A DNA stretch of 64,000 nt, taken from NCBI GenBank assembly GCA_021789935.1, contig JAJYIR010000013.1, forward strand, positions 1,651-65,650. Reading direction: 5' to 3'. Positions 40,595 to 49,913 of this stretch are shown one piece after another. Position 1 is the first letter of the stretch. Every line of letters begins with the position of its first letter. Below the pieces are notes generated by a model. It was not told the origin of the DNA, did not search any database, and saw nothing but the letters and a program-made list of their open reading frames with translations. Source of the stretch: Nitrospirota bacterium (GTDB lineage: Bacteria > Nitrospirota > Thermodesulfovibrionia > Thermodesulfovibrionales > JdFR-88). Position numbers and translations under genes: made by a program.

Positions 40595-41358
40595 TCCGTC
40601 AAAACGCCGGAGCTTACGCGGAGCAGCCATACGAGCCAGTTTTCCGAAAGGCATTCCGAAACAAAACCCGGCAGCGTCTCGTTTGCCTTTTCGTTTCTGT
40701 TTATCACGATACCGCTCATCGGCGCCTTCAGCTCCATTATCCTGCCTTCCCCGAGCAGGACCCTGGCAAAGGTCTCCCCGGAAGTGATGGCGGGCTGGTC
40801 GATGAGGTCTATGTAAAGCATATGCCCTCCCAGGTACCATTGCCTGACATCGAAACCTATCTCCCATCCTCCATTTACAGGCCTTGCCCATGCCCCATCC
40901 TTGTAATAGATGGCCTGTTCGTCCATCTCCGACGCTACCGTCACATATTGCTTGAACTGGTCAATAAAGGCCTTGCGGAGTATCCATCCCCGCTTATCAA
41001 AGACCTTTGCGGCGACGTTTTTCATGAACTCGGGCGTGAAGGGTTTTTCGAGGAACTCGAACGCGCCAAGCCTTATTGCCTCCTTGGCGTCTTCGAGCGT
41101 GGGGTATCCGGTTATCATAACCACATCGGTTTTGGGCTGGATGACGCGGGCCTCTCCCAACACCTCTATCCCGTGTATGTCGGGCAGCCTGATGTCGGAT
41201 ATTAGGAGATCAACCTCTTCGGAGTTCAATCTCTTTAAGGCCTCGGCCCCGCTGGTGACCGCATTTACCGTGTAGCCTTCCGCCCCCAGTATCCTTTTGC
41301 AGCTAAGACCCACTACCGGATCATCATCTACAACCAGTATCTTTTTCCCTGCTGCCAT
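40591..41358 (-). CDS. response-regulator receiver domain fused to a glycine-cleavage-H-like (lipoyl-fold) domain lacking the lipoyl Lys
   Basis: The start is trimmed to MAAGKKILVVDDD, which follows GGAGG. The REC is complete (SDIRLPDIHG, ITGYP, EKPF). The C-terminus aligns by eye with GcvH (YYKDGAWAR...IGFD...KAPMSGIVINRNE), but GEGR replaces ESVK. Confidence 0.7.
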   Translation of the reverse strand: MAAGKKILVVDDDPVVGLSCKRILGAEGYTVNAVTSGAEALKRLNSEEVDLLISDIRLPDIHGIEVLGEARVIQPKTDVVMITGYPTLEDAKEAIRLGAFEFLEKPFTPEFMKNVAAKVFDKRGWILRKAFIDQFKQYVTVASEMDEQAIYYKDGAWARPVNGGWEIGFDVRQWYLGGHMLYIDLIDQPAITSGETFARVLLGEGRIMELKAPMSGIVINRNEKANETLPGFVSECLSENWLVWLLRVSSGVLTE

Positions 41359-41400
41359 TACGACCTCAATGCCTCCTTTTATTAAAACATAAACAGTGAA

Positions 41401-41415
41401 GCAATATGTGTGCCA
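41401..41415 (-). promoter_or_regulatory. near-consensus sigma54 promoter TGGCAC-ACATA-TTGC
   Basis: The reverse complement of 41401-41415 reads TGGCACACATATTGC. It lies about 45 nt upstream of the ATG at 41358. Confidence 0.7.
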
Positions 41416-41564
41416 AAATCGCAACACCTTATTTTAAAGGGATTCTTTTTAGGCATGGAAAGTGATATGGGGAGGAAAAGTGAAAGTGTATAAATTTCCT
41501 ATACAGTGGCGGCAAAGCCTGACCTGATAAAAATAATATTAATGTCCCGTTTCATGGGTAAACC

Positions 41565-41999
41565 ATGGAATTTGTATACTGGAGGATGATCATCGAATCA
41601 CCCGGGGCACTTGCCCGCCTCATGAAGGAGTCTTTTGAAAAACTGGGCCCCTACATTGAAAAGCACACGCAAAGGGTTTGCCCCGTCTGCCAAAAAGTCT
41701 GCTGCGCCAACAAGCACGGGACGCCCGAACGTGAAGACTTTCTGTTTTACCGTGCGCTCGGTGTGGAACCTGAGCCCGCCAGAGGGGCCCCCGATGAGAT
41801 ATGCAGTCTGCTTGGCGGCACGGGATGCGAGCTTCCAAGATGGCAGAGGCCCTTCAGGTGCACATGGTATTTCTGCGGGCCGCTTCTGGATTCCATGCGC
41901 CGGGGAAACGGCCGGGAGTACAGGCGGCTCGTGGCTGAATTGGCCCTGCTTGTGGAACTGAGAGGGAGGCTCATAAGCATTGGTCCGCTTCAGGAATAA
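41565..41999 (+). CDS. Cys-cluster protein (YkgJ/CxxCxxCC-like)
   Basis: CPVCQKVCC motif plus further Cys residues (CSLLGGTGC, FRCTWYFC). Its stop abuts the next gene's ATG. Confidence 0.55.
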   Translation: MEFVYWRMIIESPGALARLMKESFEKLGPYIEKHTQRVCPVCQKVCCANKHGTPEREDFLFYRALGVEPEPARGAPDEICSLLGGTGCELPRWQRPFRCTWYFCGPLLDSMRRGNGREYRRLVAELALLVELRGRLISIGPLQE

Positions 42000-43244
42000 A
42001 TGACAGACATCGACAGGATACTTGGCGTTCTCGTTTTCCTGATCGTGCTTGTCAGGAAAAAGGTGCCGGCGGGGGCAGTGCTGCTTCTGGGCTCTCTTTT
42101 GCTTGCGGTCCTTTATCTCATGCCTGCGGGTGTCCTGTTTTCCGCCCTGGAAACGGCCCTGGTAAAAACCCCCGAGGCCGTAAAGGTGGCCCTGGCTCTT
42201 ACCGCCATACGGGGGTTTGAGCTTGTGCTCAGGGAAAAAAAGATCCTGCAGGGGATGATGAATGCCTCAAGGAATTTTTCGAGCGGGAAAAAGGCCCTCA
42301 TTGTTTCCATGCCTCTGCTCATAGGCACCCTTCCGTCAATGGGGGGCGCGTATTTTTCCGCGCCGATGGTGGAGGAGGCCTCAAAAGGGATGGGGCTTGC
42401 CGCGGAGCGGAAAGGGTTTTTGAACTACTGGTTCAGGCACCCCTGGGAATACGTGCTTCCACTTTATCCGGGTATAGTGCTTGCAAGCGCGGTCTCGGGG
42501 ACCAGGCTGGACACGCTGATGCTTTTCAATCTGCCATATGCCCTGGGGGTTGCGGCAACGGGTTATATATTCGGTTTAAGGGGGATCGGGGGCGGGCCCG
42601 CCGCGCGCGAATCCGCGCGGGAAGGCGTCAGGGAGCAAAAAAGACAAAAAAAACAAAAAAGACCTTTTGAAGGTTTTTTGAGTTTTCTGCCAATTTTTTC
42701 CATATTGGCGATGGTCATAATCTTCGGGATGGAGTTCCAGTGGGCCATCCTTGCCGCCCTTGCCGGCCTTTTTGTCTTTTATAAATACCGGCCGTCAGAG
42801 GTATGGAGGGTAATCAGGCTCTCCTTCTCCATGGATGTTTTACTTCTTGTCGCCGGTGTCATGATATTCAAGCAGGTGCTTGTTGACTCCGGGGCGGTTG
42901 CCAACCTGGGCCGGTCTCTTGCCGTGGAAGGGATACCGCTTATGGCGCTGCTTTCCGCCATTCCTTTTGTGGCAGGCCTGCTGACAGGCCATACAATGGC
43001 ATTTGTGGGGGCGGCTTTTCCGCTCCTGATGTCCCTGCCCGGGGGAAGCGGGCCGCACGCCATATCCTTTGCCTTTGCCTGCGGTTTTCTGGGAGTGCTG
43101 CTGAGCCCGGTCCATATCTGCCTGATGCTTTCAAGGGAATACTTCAAGGCGGACCTTTGGGGCATATACAAAAGGACCATACCCGCGGCCGTGGTGATAT
43201 TTATGGTGGCAGTGGGGGAGTACCTCATATTCCGCCCGTTCTGA
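42000..43244 (+). CDS. polytopic membrane protein (possibly a DUF401-type permease)
   Basis: About 10-12 hydrophobic helices in two halves, joined by a charged loop that contains an EQKRQKKQKRP insertion. Confidence 0.65.
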   Translation: MTDIDRILGVLVFLIVLVRKKVPAGAVLLLGSLLLAVLYLMPAGVLFSALETALVKTPEAVKVALALTAIRGFELVLREKKILQGMMNASRNFSSGKKALIVSMPLLIGTLPSMGGAYFSAPMVEEASKGMGLAAERKGFLNYWFRHPWEYVLPLYPGIVLASAVSGTRLDTLMLFNLPYALGVAATGYIFGLRGIGGGPAARESAREGVREQKRQKKQKRPFEGFLSFLPIFSILAMVIIFGMEFQWAILAALAGLFVFYKYRPSEVWRVIRLSFSMDVLLLVAGVMIFKQVLVDSGAVANLGRSLAVEGIPLMALLSAIPFVAGLLTGHTMAFVGAAFPLLMSLPGGSGPHAISFAFACGFLGVLLSPVHICLMLSREYFKADLWGIYKRTIPAAVVIFMVAVGEYLIFRPF

Positions 43245-43360
43245 CCCAGCCCCGCGTTTACATTTGATTTTATTTTGTGCTATGGTGTTACCTTATTTGC
43301 CAGCCTGCTTTCCGGCAGGCATGCAAAGGCGGAACAGATTTTTTTAAACGGGGTGCGCGG

Positions 43361-44554
43361 ATGAAGATAGTGCTCGCATATTCCGGGGGGCTCGATACCT
43401 CGGTGGCCATCAAGTGGCTTAAGGAAACCTACGGGGCCCAGGTCATAGCTTTCTGTGCCGATCTCGGGCAGGAAGAGGAGCTTGGCGGCCTGGATGAGAA
43501 GGCGTTGAAAACCGGGGCGTCAAAGGTATACATAGAGGACCTGAGGGAAGAGTTCGTCAGTGACTATATCTTCCCCATGCTCCGGGCAAATGCCGTCTAT
43601 GAGGGCTCCTATCTTTTGGGCACTTCCATAGCGCGGCCGCTTATTGCCAAAAAGCTGATAGAGATAGCCCGGAAAGAAGGGGCTGAGGCAGTTGCCCATG
43701 GGGCCACCGGCAAGGGAAATGACCAAGTCCGTTTCGAGCTCACCTGCTATGCTCTGAAACCTGACATAAAAATAATAGCCCCCTGGCGGGTCTGGCCGTT
43801 CAAGTCCAGACAAAGCCTTATCGAATACGCCTTCCTAAACGGCATCCCTGTGACGGCAACAAAGGAAAAACCCTACAGCACGGACAGAAATATCTTCCAT
43901 ATAAGCTACGAGGGCGGTGTCCTTGAGGACCCGTGGGCGGCGCCCCCCTCTGATATGTTCACAATGGCGCTGCCTCCGGAGAAGGCCCCGGATGCGCCCA
44001 GGACCGTCGAGGTCGAATACGAAGGCGGGAACCCCGTGGCGGTTGACGGCAGGAAGATGGGGCCGCTTGAGATATTGAGGACGATGAACGGCATCGCGGG
44101 CGAAAACGGGATAGGGCGCGTGGACCTGGTTGAAAACCGTTTTGTGGGCATGAAATCACGGGGGGTTTATGAGACGCCCGGCGGCACTGCGCTCCATGCG
44201 GCGCACAGGGCGGTGGAATCCATTACGATGGACAGGGAGACCCTTCACCAGAGAGATGAACTTGTCCCCAGGTATGCCGAGCTCGTCTACAACGGCTTCT
44301 GGTTTTCCCCGGAAAGGCGGCTCCTTCAGGGGCTTATGGATAATGCCCAGGAGAACGTGACCGGCACGGCGAGATTAAAACTCTATAAAGGCGGCCTTGT
44401 GGTCACGGGCAGGAGATCGCCTAAGAGCCTCTACCATCCGGACCTGGCCACCTTCGAGGAAGAAAATATCTACGACCAGAGCGACGCGGAGGGTTTCATC
44501 AAACTGAACGCCCTCAGGCTGAGGGTGGAAAAGCTCCTGCGCCCCGGCCCTTAA
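43361..44554 (+). CDS. argG: argininosuccinate synthase
   Basis: The start is trimmed to [14 protein letters not shown]. Motifs: [34 protein letters not shown]. Confidence 0.95.
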   Translation: MKIVLAYSGGLDTSVAIKWLKETYGAQVIAFCADLGQEEELGGLDEKALKTGASKVYIEDLREEFVSDYIFPMLRANAVYEGSYLLGTSIARPLIAKKLIEIARKEGAEAVAHGATGKGNDQVRFELTCYALKPDIKIIAPWRVWPFKSRQSLIEYAFLNGIPVTATKEKPYSTDRNIFHISYEGGVLEDPWAAPPSDMFTMALPPEKAPDAPRTVEVEYEGGNPVAVDGRKMGPLEILRTMNGIAGENGIGRVDLVENRFVGMKSRGVYETPGGTALHAAHRAVESITMDRETLHQRDELVPRYAELVYNGFWFSPERRLLQGLMDNAQENVTGTARLKLYKGGLVVTGRRSPKSLYHPDLATFEEENIYDQSDAEGFIKLNALRLRVEKLLRPGP

Positions 44555-44601
44555 TTTGGACCGGAAACAAAAATATTTCTTCCCTTAAGCGGTCTTTAAA
44601 A

Positions 44602-45750
44602 ATGAACTGCAAAGACGAGAAAGAGGCGGTGCAGGACATGGAATGTCTTGCTGCCCTCACTTTTATCCCGGACATCGGGCCGCTGACCATAAAAAAACTG
44701 CTTTCCGCCTTTGGCAGCGCCAAGGCCGTATTTGAAGCCCCCAAGGAAAGACTTGCAGCCTCCGGCATTGGCGAAAGGAAGGTCAAGGGCATACTCGGGT
44801 TTTCAGGATGGAAGGACGTCCGCCGCATGCTGGACCGGGCCCGGGACTTCGGAATGAAGGTCCTGACAAGCGGGTCCGCAGAGTACCCGGAGCCGCTTAA
44901 AAACATATCCGATTGCCCCCCCATCCTCTATATGAAAGGGGACATCCTGGAGGAAGACAAATACGCGCTTGGTATCGTAGGGACCAGAACGCCCACCCAT
45001 TACGGCAGGATCCATGCCGAAAACATGGCTGACGGGCTGGCAAAAAAGGGATTTACGATAGTAAGCGGGCTGGCCAGGGGCATAGATTCGGCGGCACATA
45101 AAGGCGCCCTTAAGGCCGGCGGAAGGAGCATCGGCATAATGGGCTCCGGCCTTGACGTGCCTTACCCGCCTGAAAATCAGGTTTTAATGCAGAAGCTGGC
45201 CTCCTCGGGCGCGGTATTAAGCGAGTTTCCTCCCGGCACAGGGCCGAACAAGGAGAATTTTCCCAGGAGGAACCGGATAATAAGCGGGCTTTCTCTCGGG
45301 GTGCTGGTGGTGGAGGCCGGCAAGGGGAGCGGTTCCCTGATCACCGCCAATTACGCGCTGGACCAGGGGAAGGAGGTCTTTGCGATCCCGGGCAATATCA
45401 GCTCGGCCGTCTCCAGCGGGACCAACGAGCTTATAAAAAGCGGGGCAAAGGTGGTCACGGGCATAGATGATATCATCGAGGAATTGGCCCCGGTGCTCAA
45501 GGGATTTTTAAATATTAGCCCAACGGCAAATGTTTCCGGGCGGGAGCCGGCAGGGCAGGCGGGGCTGAAGGCCGCTCTTGCCTCCGAGGAAAGGCGGGTG
45601 GTTGACGCGCTTGGCCCGGAGCCCGTGCATATAGATGAATTGGCAAGGCAGCTTGGCATGGGGGCCTCCCATATAATGGGGGTCCTGCTGCAGCTTGAAC
45701 TCAAGGGCATCGTGAAGCAGGTTGCTGGAAAAAAATTCTTTATCTGCTAA
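44602..45750 (+). CDS. dprA: DNA-processing protein DprA (Smf)
   Basis: LGIVGTRTPTHYG, SGLARGIDSAAH, VVVEAGKGSGSLITA, and a C-terminal winged-helix domain. Confidence 0.9.
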   Translation: MNCKDEKEAVQDMECLAALTFIPDIGPLTIKKLLSAFGSAKAVFEAPKERLAASGIGERKVKGILGFSGWKDVRRMLDRARDFGMKVLTSGSAEYPEPLKNISDCPPILYMKGDILEEDKYALGIVGTRTPTHYGRIHAENMADGLAKKGFTIVSGLARGIDSAAHKGALKAGGRSIGIMGSGLDVPYPPENQVLMQKLASSGAVLSEFPPGTGPNKENFPRRNRIISGLSLGVLVVEAGKGSGSLITANYALDQGKEVFAIPGNISSAVSSGTNELIKSGAKVVTGIDDIIEELAPVLKGFLNISPTANVSGREPAGQAGLKAALASEERRVVDALGPEPVHIDELARQLGMGASHIMGVLLQLELKGIVKQVAGKKFFIC

Positions 45751-45859
45751 AATGCGTGAAAGGGTGTTTTTTTGTTATCCGTGTTTCACGGATATTGCTG
45801 GGATGAGAAATGAAAAATAAAAAAATTTATTTAATAAATAAAGGACCGGAGAGTCAGAT

Positions 45860-48166
45860 ATGAGTTTTCTTGTAATAGTAGAGTCGCCGGCAAAGGCTCG
45901 CACGCTAAACAAGATCCTCGGAAAGGATTTTTCCGTTAAGGCGTCGATAGGGCACATAAAGGACCTTCCGGAAAAAGAACTGGGCGTAGACAAGGAAAAG
46001 GACTTCGAGCCCAGGTATGTGATCATCCCGGGGAAAGAAAAAGTGGTCCGGGAGCTTAAGGCCGCCTCGAAAAAGGCCGAGAAGGTCTTCCTGGCCCCCG
46101 ACCCCGACCGGGAGGGAGAGGCCATCGCCTACCATATAGCCTCCGAGCTGGCCGACGGCCGCAAGGGCAACGCAACAAAACTCTGCAGGGTCAGCTTCCA
46201 TGAGATCACTGAAAAGGCTGTGAAGGAAGCGATGGAACACCCGGGGGAGATAGACGCCCATATGGTCGATGCCCAGCAGGCAAGAAGGGTGCTCGACAGG
46301 CTCGTCGGCTATGAACTTTCCCCGCTGCTTTGGAGAAAGGTAAGGAAGGGGCTTAGCGCAGGGAGGGTCCAGTCCGTCGCCGTAAGGCTGGTAGTGGAGC
46401 GGGAAAGGGAGATAGAGGGGTTTAAACAAGAAGAATATTGGTCCGTCGAGGGCATGTTCGGCCCCTCCAGGATGGAAGGCGAAAGCCTGTCAAGCCATAG
46501 TTTCTCCGCCCGGCTGCACACGCTTGGCGGGGAGCTCGTGATGGAGCGGAACGCCAAAACCGGTGAGAAGAAGTTCCTCCTGCAAACGGCGGAGGACGCC
46601 CAAAAGGCTTTGGAGTCCATCAAGGGGCTGGATTATGTGCTTGCCGGGATCGAAAAAAAGCTCCGCAAGCGTTCCCCCGCGCCGCCTTTCATAACAAGCA
46701 CATTGCAACAGGAGGCGTTTGGACGCCTGCAGTTTTCGGCCAAAAAAACGATGGTCCTTGCCCAGCAGCTCTATGAAGGCATAGAGCTGGGGGAGGAGGG
46801 CCCGGTGGGCCTCATCTCTTACATGAGGACCGATTCGGTAAACGTGGCCCAGGAGGCGCAGCAGTGGGCCAGAAAGCTCGTTGCCGGCCGCTTCGGGGAA
46901 AAATATCTGCCCGAAAAGCCGCCCAAATACAAGAGCAAGGCATCGGCGCAGGAGGCCCATGAGGCCATAAGGCCCACCTATATGGAAAGGTCTCCTGAGG
47001 CCGTAAAGTCCTTTTTGTCAAAAGACCAGATGAGGCTCTACAGTCTTATCTGGAACCGGTTTCTCGCAAGCCAGATGGCGCCTGCCCAGTTTGATCAGAC
47101 GACGTTTACCATAGCCTCGAAAGGTGAAGGCAACGGTAATGCCGCCGTCTTCAAGGCAAACGGAACGGTCGTGAGGTTCGATGGCTTTCTGGTCCTTTAC
47201 AAGGACATGGCTGGTGAGGAGGAAGAAGGATTGCTGCCCTCGATGGAAGAAAACGAGGCACTGAAGCTCCTGGAGCTGAAGCCCGGGCAGCATTTCACGC
47301 AGCCTCCGCCAAGGTACACGGAGGCAAGCCTCGTGAAGACCCTTGAGGAAAAAGGGATAGGCAGGCCCAGCACTTATGCCGCCATACTCTCCACCATTCA
47401 GGACAGGAAGTACGTTTCGAAGGATGCGGGGAAGTTCAAGCCTACAGACCTGGGCGTACTTGTGAACGACCTGCTGGTGGAAAAGTTCCCGGAGTTGATG
47501 GATGTCGGTTTTACCGCCCGGATGGAGGACGAACTGGACCAGATAGAGCAGGGCAAGATGCAGTGGCCGAAGGTGATAAAGGATTTTTACCAGCCCTTCA
47601 GCCAGGACCTTGAGACCGCTCTGAAGACGCCTGGAAAGGTCCGGCCCGAGGATGTCATGACCGAAGAGAAATGTGAGAAGTGCGGGTTGCCGATGGTGAA
47701 GAGATGGGGAAGGCACGGCTGGTTCCTGGCCTGCAATGGCTACCCGGAGTGCCGCTTTACGCGTCCGCTGGAAGGCGAAAAACAGGCGGTGGAGCAAACC
47801 AGCGAGGCATGTGAGAAATGCGGCGCGCCGATGGTGCTGCGTACCGGAAGGTTCGGCAAGTTCCTTGCCTGCTCCAAGTACCCGGAGTGCAAGACCACCA
47901 AGCCTGTGTCGCTTGGGGTAAAGTGCCCCCTGGACGGAGGCGACGTCGTAGAGCGCCGCTCCAAGAAAGGAAGGCTTTTTTACAGTTGCGGCAATTATCC
48001 CAACTGCAAGTTCATATCATGGTACCGGCCTGTCAACCGGGCCTGCCCGAGCTGCGGCAGCCCTTATCTGCTTGAAAAAAAGACCAAGGAGGGCGTTGTG
48101 GTCTTCTGCCCCGAGAAAAGCTGCGGCTACAAGGAAGAAAGCAGGGAAAAAGCCCTGGGAGAGTAA
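45860..48166 (+). CDS. topA: DNA topoisomerase I
   Basis: The Toprim N-terminus LVIVESPAKA, the active-site region ISYMRTDS, and four C-terminal Zn-ribbon CxxC repeats. Confidence 0.96.
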   Translation: MSFLVIVESPAKARTLNKILGKDFSVKASIGHIKDLPEKELGVDKEKDFEPRYVIIPGKEKVVRELKAASKKAEKVFLAPDPDREGEAIAYHIASELADGRKGNATKLCRVSFHEITEKAVKEAMEHPGEIDAHMVDAQQARRVLDRLVGYELSPLLWRKVRKGLSAGRVQSVAVRLVVEREREIEGFKQEEYWSVEGMFGPSRMEGESLSSHSFSARLHTLGGELVMERNAKTGEKKFLLQTAEDAQKALESIKGLDYVLAGIEKKLRKRSPAPPFITSTLQQEAFGRLQFSAKKTMVLAQQLYEGIELGEEGPVGLISYMRTDSVNVAQEAQQWARKLVAGRFGEKYLPEKPPKYKSKASAQEAHEAIRPTYMERSPEAVKSFLSKDQMRLYSLIWNRFLASQMAPAQFDQTTFTIASKGEGNGNAAVFKANGTVVRFDGFLVLYKDMAGEEEEGLLPSMEENEALKLLELKPGQHFTQPPPRYTEASLVKTLEEKGIGRPSTYAAILSTIQDRKYVSKDAGKFKPTDLGVLVNDLLVEKFPELMDVGFTARMEDELDQIEQGKMQWPKVIKDFYQPFSQDLETALKTPGKVRPEDVMTEEKCEKCGLPMVKRWGRHGWFLACNGYPECRFTRPLEGEKQAVEQTSEACEKCGAPMVLRTGRFGKFLACSKYPECKTTKPVSLGVKCPLDGGDVVERRSKKGRLFYSCGNYPNCKFISWYRPVNRACPSCGSPYLLEKKTKEGVVVFCPEKSCGYKEESREKALGE

Positions 48167-48296
48167 CAGGCGGCCGAAAAGTTTTTTATGAATGCGCAAA
48201 CGCTAAAACCGTTGTCACCGCATCTCCTTGGCGGCCCGTCCATGTGAAGAATGCCGTTTTCCATGAAACCCTTAATAAATTGGGGGCAGGCATAAT

Positions 48297-48980
48297 ATGC
48301 CGCCTCTTGTAATTGGCATATGCGGGGCAGGCAGCGGCTCCGGGAAGACTACCATGGCAGAGGAACTCCTTAGGAGGGCCACGGGGCGCGGCATGCAGGC
48401 TGATGAGGCCCCCCCGAAGCCAGGAGCCCGTTTGGGAAATGACCGCGAAGCCTGCCCGGCAAGCGTTAGCGCCGGCCATATGGTAGATGCAAGCGGCAGC
48501 CCGCCCCACCCGGTAAACGCCCCCTGGGGGTTCATAAAATTCACAAAAACCGGACTATATACCTCTGTTGTAACCGGTACGGATGCCCTGCTGGAGGAAG
48601 GAAAAGACACCTCCAGGGTGCTAAAAGCCGGAGCCCATCGGGCAATCTGGGTATGCAGCCCCGGCGGGGCCGGCCTTGAGGAGGCGCTGTCCATGGCGAT
48701 CGGCGAACTGCACGGGTGCAGTGTGGTTGTGGTGGAGGGCAACAGTGCCGTTGAGCTTTTAAAGCCCGATATTGTAATATTCATGAGCGGCCTTTTTTTT
48801 AAAAGCGGGGCGGAGTCAGCCCTGCGCATGGCCGATATAGTGTTCAGGCCCGATGGGGCCGTGGTCCCGGCGGCACCCGATGCCATTAAAAAAGGTGCGG
48901 TTTTCTGCGGCGGCCTTGAGTTGAGCGCCGGTGAAGTTTTGAAACGCGTGGTCGAGAGAGAGGGGAAACGGACTGTTTAA
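48297..48980 (+). CDS. MobB-like P-loop protein with a ~50-aa low-complexity insertion
   Basis: GICGAGSGSGKTT Walker A, IKFTKT and GKDTSRVLKAGA resemble MobB. The insertion after the P-loop helix is atypical. Confidence 0.55.
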   Translation: MPPLVIGICGAGSGSGKTTMAEELLRRATGRGMQADEAPPKPGARLGNDREACPASVSAGHMVDASGSPPHPVNAPWGFIKFTKTGLYTSVVTGTDALLEEGKDTSRVLKAGAHRAIWVCSPGGAGLEEALSMAIGELHGCSVVVVEGNSAVELLKPDIVIFMSGLFFKSGAESALRMADIVFRPDGAVVPAAPDAIKKGAVFCGGLELSAGEVLKRVVEREGKRTV

Positions 48981-49018
48981 ACAAAGTCAGAGGCCGCATG
49001 TGCACGGCAGGAGGAACG

Positions 49019-49046
49019 CCCGGCGGATGGTCCGCGGGTTTTTTAC
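49019..49046 (+). terminator. intrinsic terminator after the MobB-like gene
   Basis: CCCGGCGG-ATGGT-CCGCGGG (one bulge) followed by TTTTTTACTTTTTT. Confidence 0.5.
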
Positions 49047-49085
49047 TTTTTTATTTCTTGATCAGGCGGGCGGTTTAAAGGACTG

Positions 49086-49901
49086 ATGGGCGCCATTACG
49101 TTCGGCATAAGTCTCGTTTTTTACTTCTGTGCGATGCTTTTCTCCCTCCTGGACCTCTTAAGGAGCTCGAAGACCGTTCCAAAGCTGATGCTGACATCGG
49201 CCATAATCGGCTTTGGTTTCCAGACGGTCTATATTTTTTACAAGGGATTTTCCCTGGGGCATGTCCCCTTTGTAAACCCGCGCGAGGCGACTTCTTTTTT
49301 TGCCTGGTGCATATTCCTGTTGTTTTTCATTCTTGCGTACCGGTACAAAGTGGGTCTTCTGGGCTCCTTCATAACGCCCATGGCCTTTCTGCTTATGTTC
49401 ATTTCGTTCCTGCTGCCTTCAGAGATAAAGCCTCTTTCCCCGATGCTCAGGAGCGAGTGGCTGGGGGTGCATACGGTCTTTGCATTCCTGGCAAACGCGG
49501 CCTTCGCCATGGCGGCCGGGGTGGGGTTCATGTATCTGGTGCAGGAGCATTATGTAAAGAGCAAGCATCTTGGCGGGCTGTTTTCGAGGCTTCCTTCCCT
49601 TCACGTGCTTGACGAGATAAATTACCGGCTTGTCACGGCGGGGTTCCCCCTGTTTACGGTTGCGATAATAACCGGCTCCATATGGGCCGACAACGCTTGG
49701 GGCAGCTATATAAGCTGGGAGCCCAGGCAGATATGGGCCTTGGTCACCTGGCTGATTTTCGGTATCGTCCTGCACGCCAGGCTCCAGAGAGGCTGGCGCG
49801 GGAGAAGGGCAGCCGCACTTTCCATCCTGGGCTTTCTGACCATCATTGGGGCCTTTGCCGGGCTGGCGCTTCTGCAGAAAGGGCAGCATGTTTTTCTATG
49901 A
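49086..49901 (+). CDS. CcsA-family cytochrome c assembly / heme-handling membrane protein (HemX-type, upstream of hemA)
   Basis: Eight TM helices, a W-rich motif (AWGSYISWEPRQIWALVTW), and the conserved position before hemA. Confidence 0.8.
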   Translation: MGAITFGISLVFYFCAMLFSLLDLLRSSKTVPKLMLTSAIIGFGFQTVYIFYKGFSLGHVPFVNPREATSFFAWCIFLLFFILAYRYKVGLLGSFITPMAFLLMFISFLLPSEIKPLSPMLRSEWLGVHTVFAFLANAAFAMAAGVGFMYLVQEHYVKSKHLGGLFSRLPSLHVLDEINYRLVTAGFPLFTVAIITGSIWADNAWGSYISWEPRQIWALVTWLIFGIVLHARLQRGWRGRRAAALSILGFLTIIGAFAGLALLQKGQHVFL

Positions 49902-49913
49902 GGGCACCCTTTC

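Noticed and set aside
41401-41425. The motif GTGCCAAAATCGCAA read as a plus-strand sigma54 element.
   Set aside because: The element order is wrong for the plus strand. The same GTGCCA belongs to the properly ordered minus-strand promoter TGGCAC-N5-TTGC.
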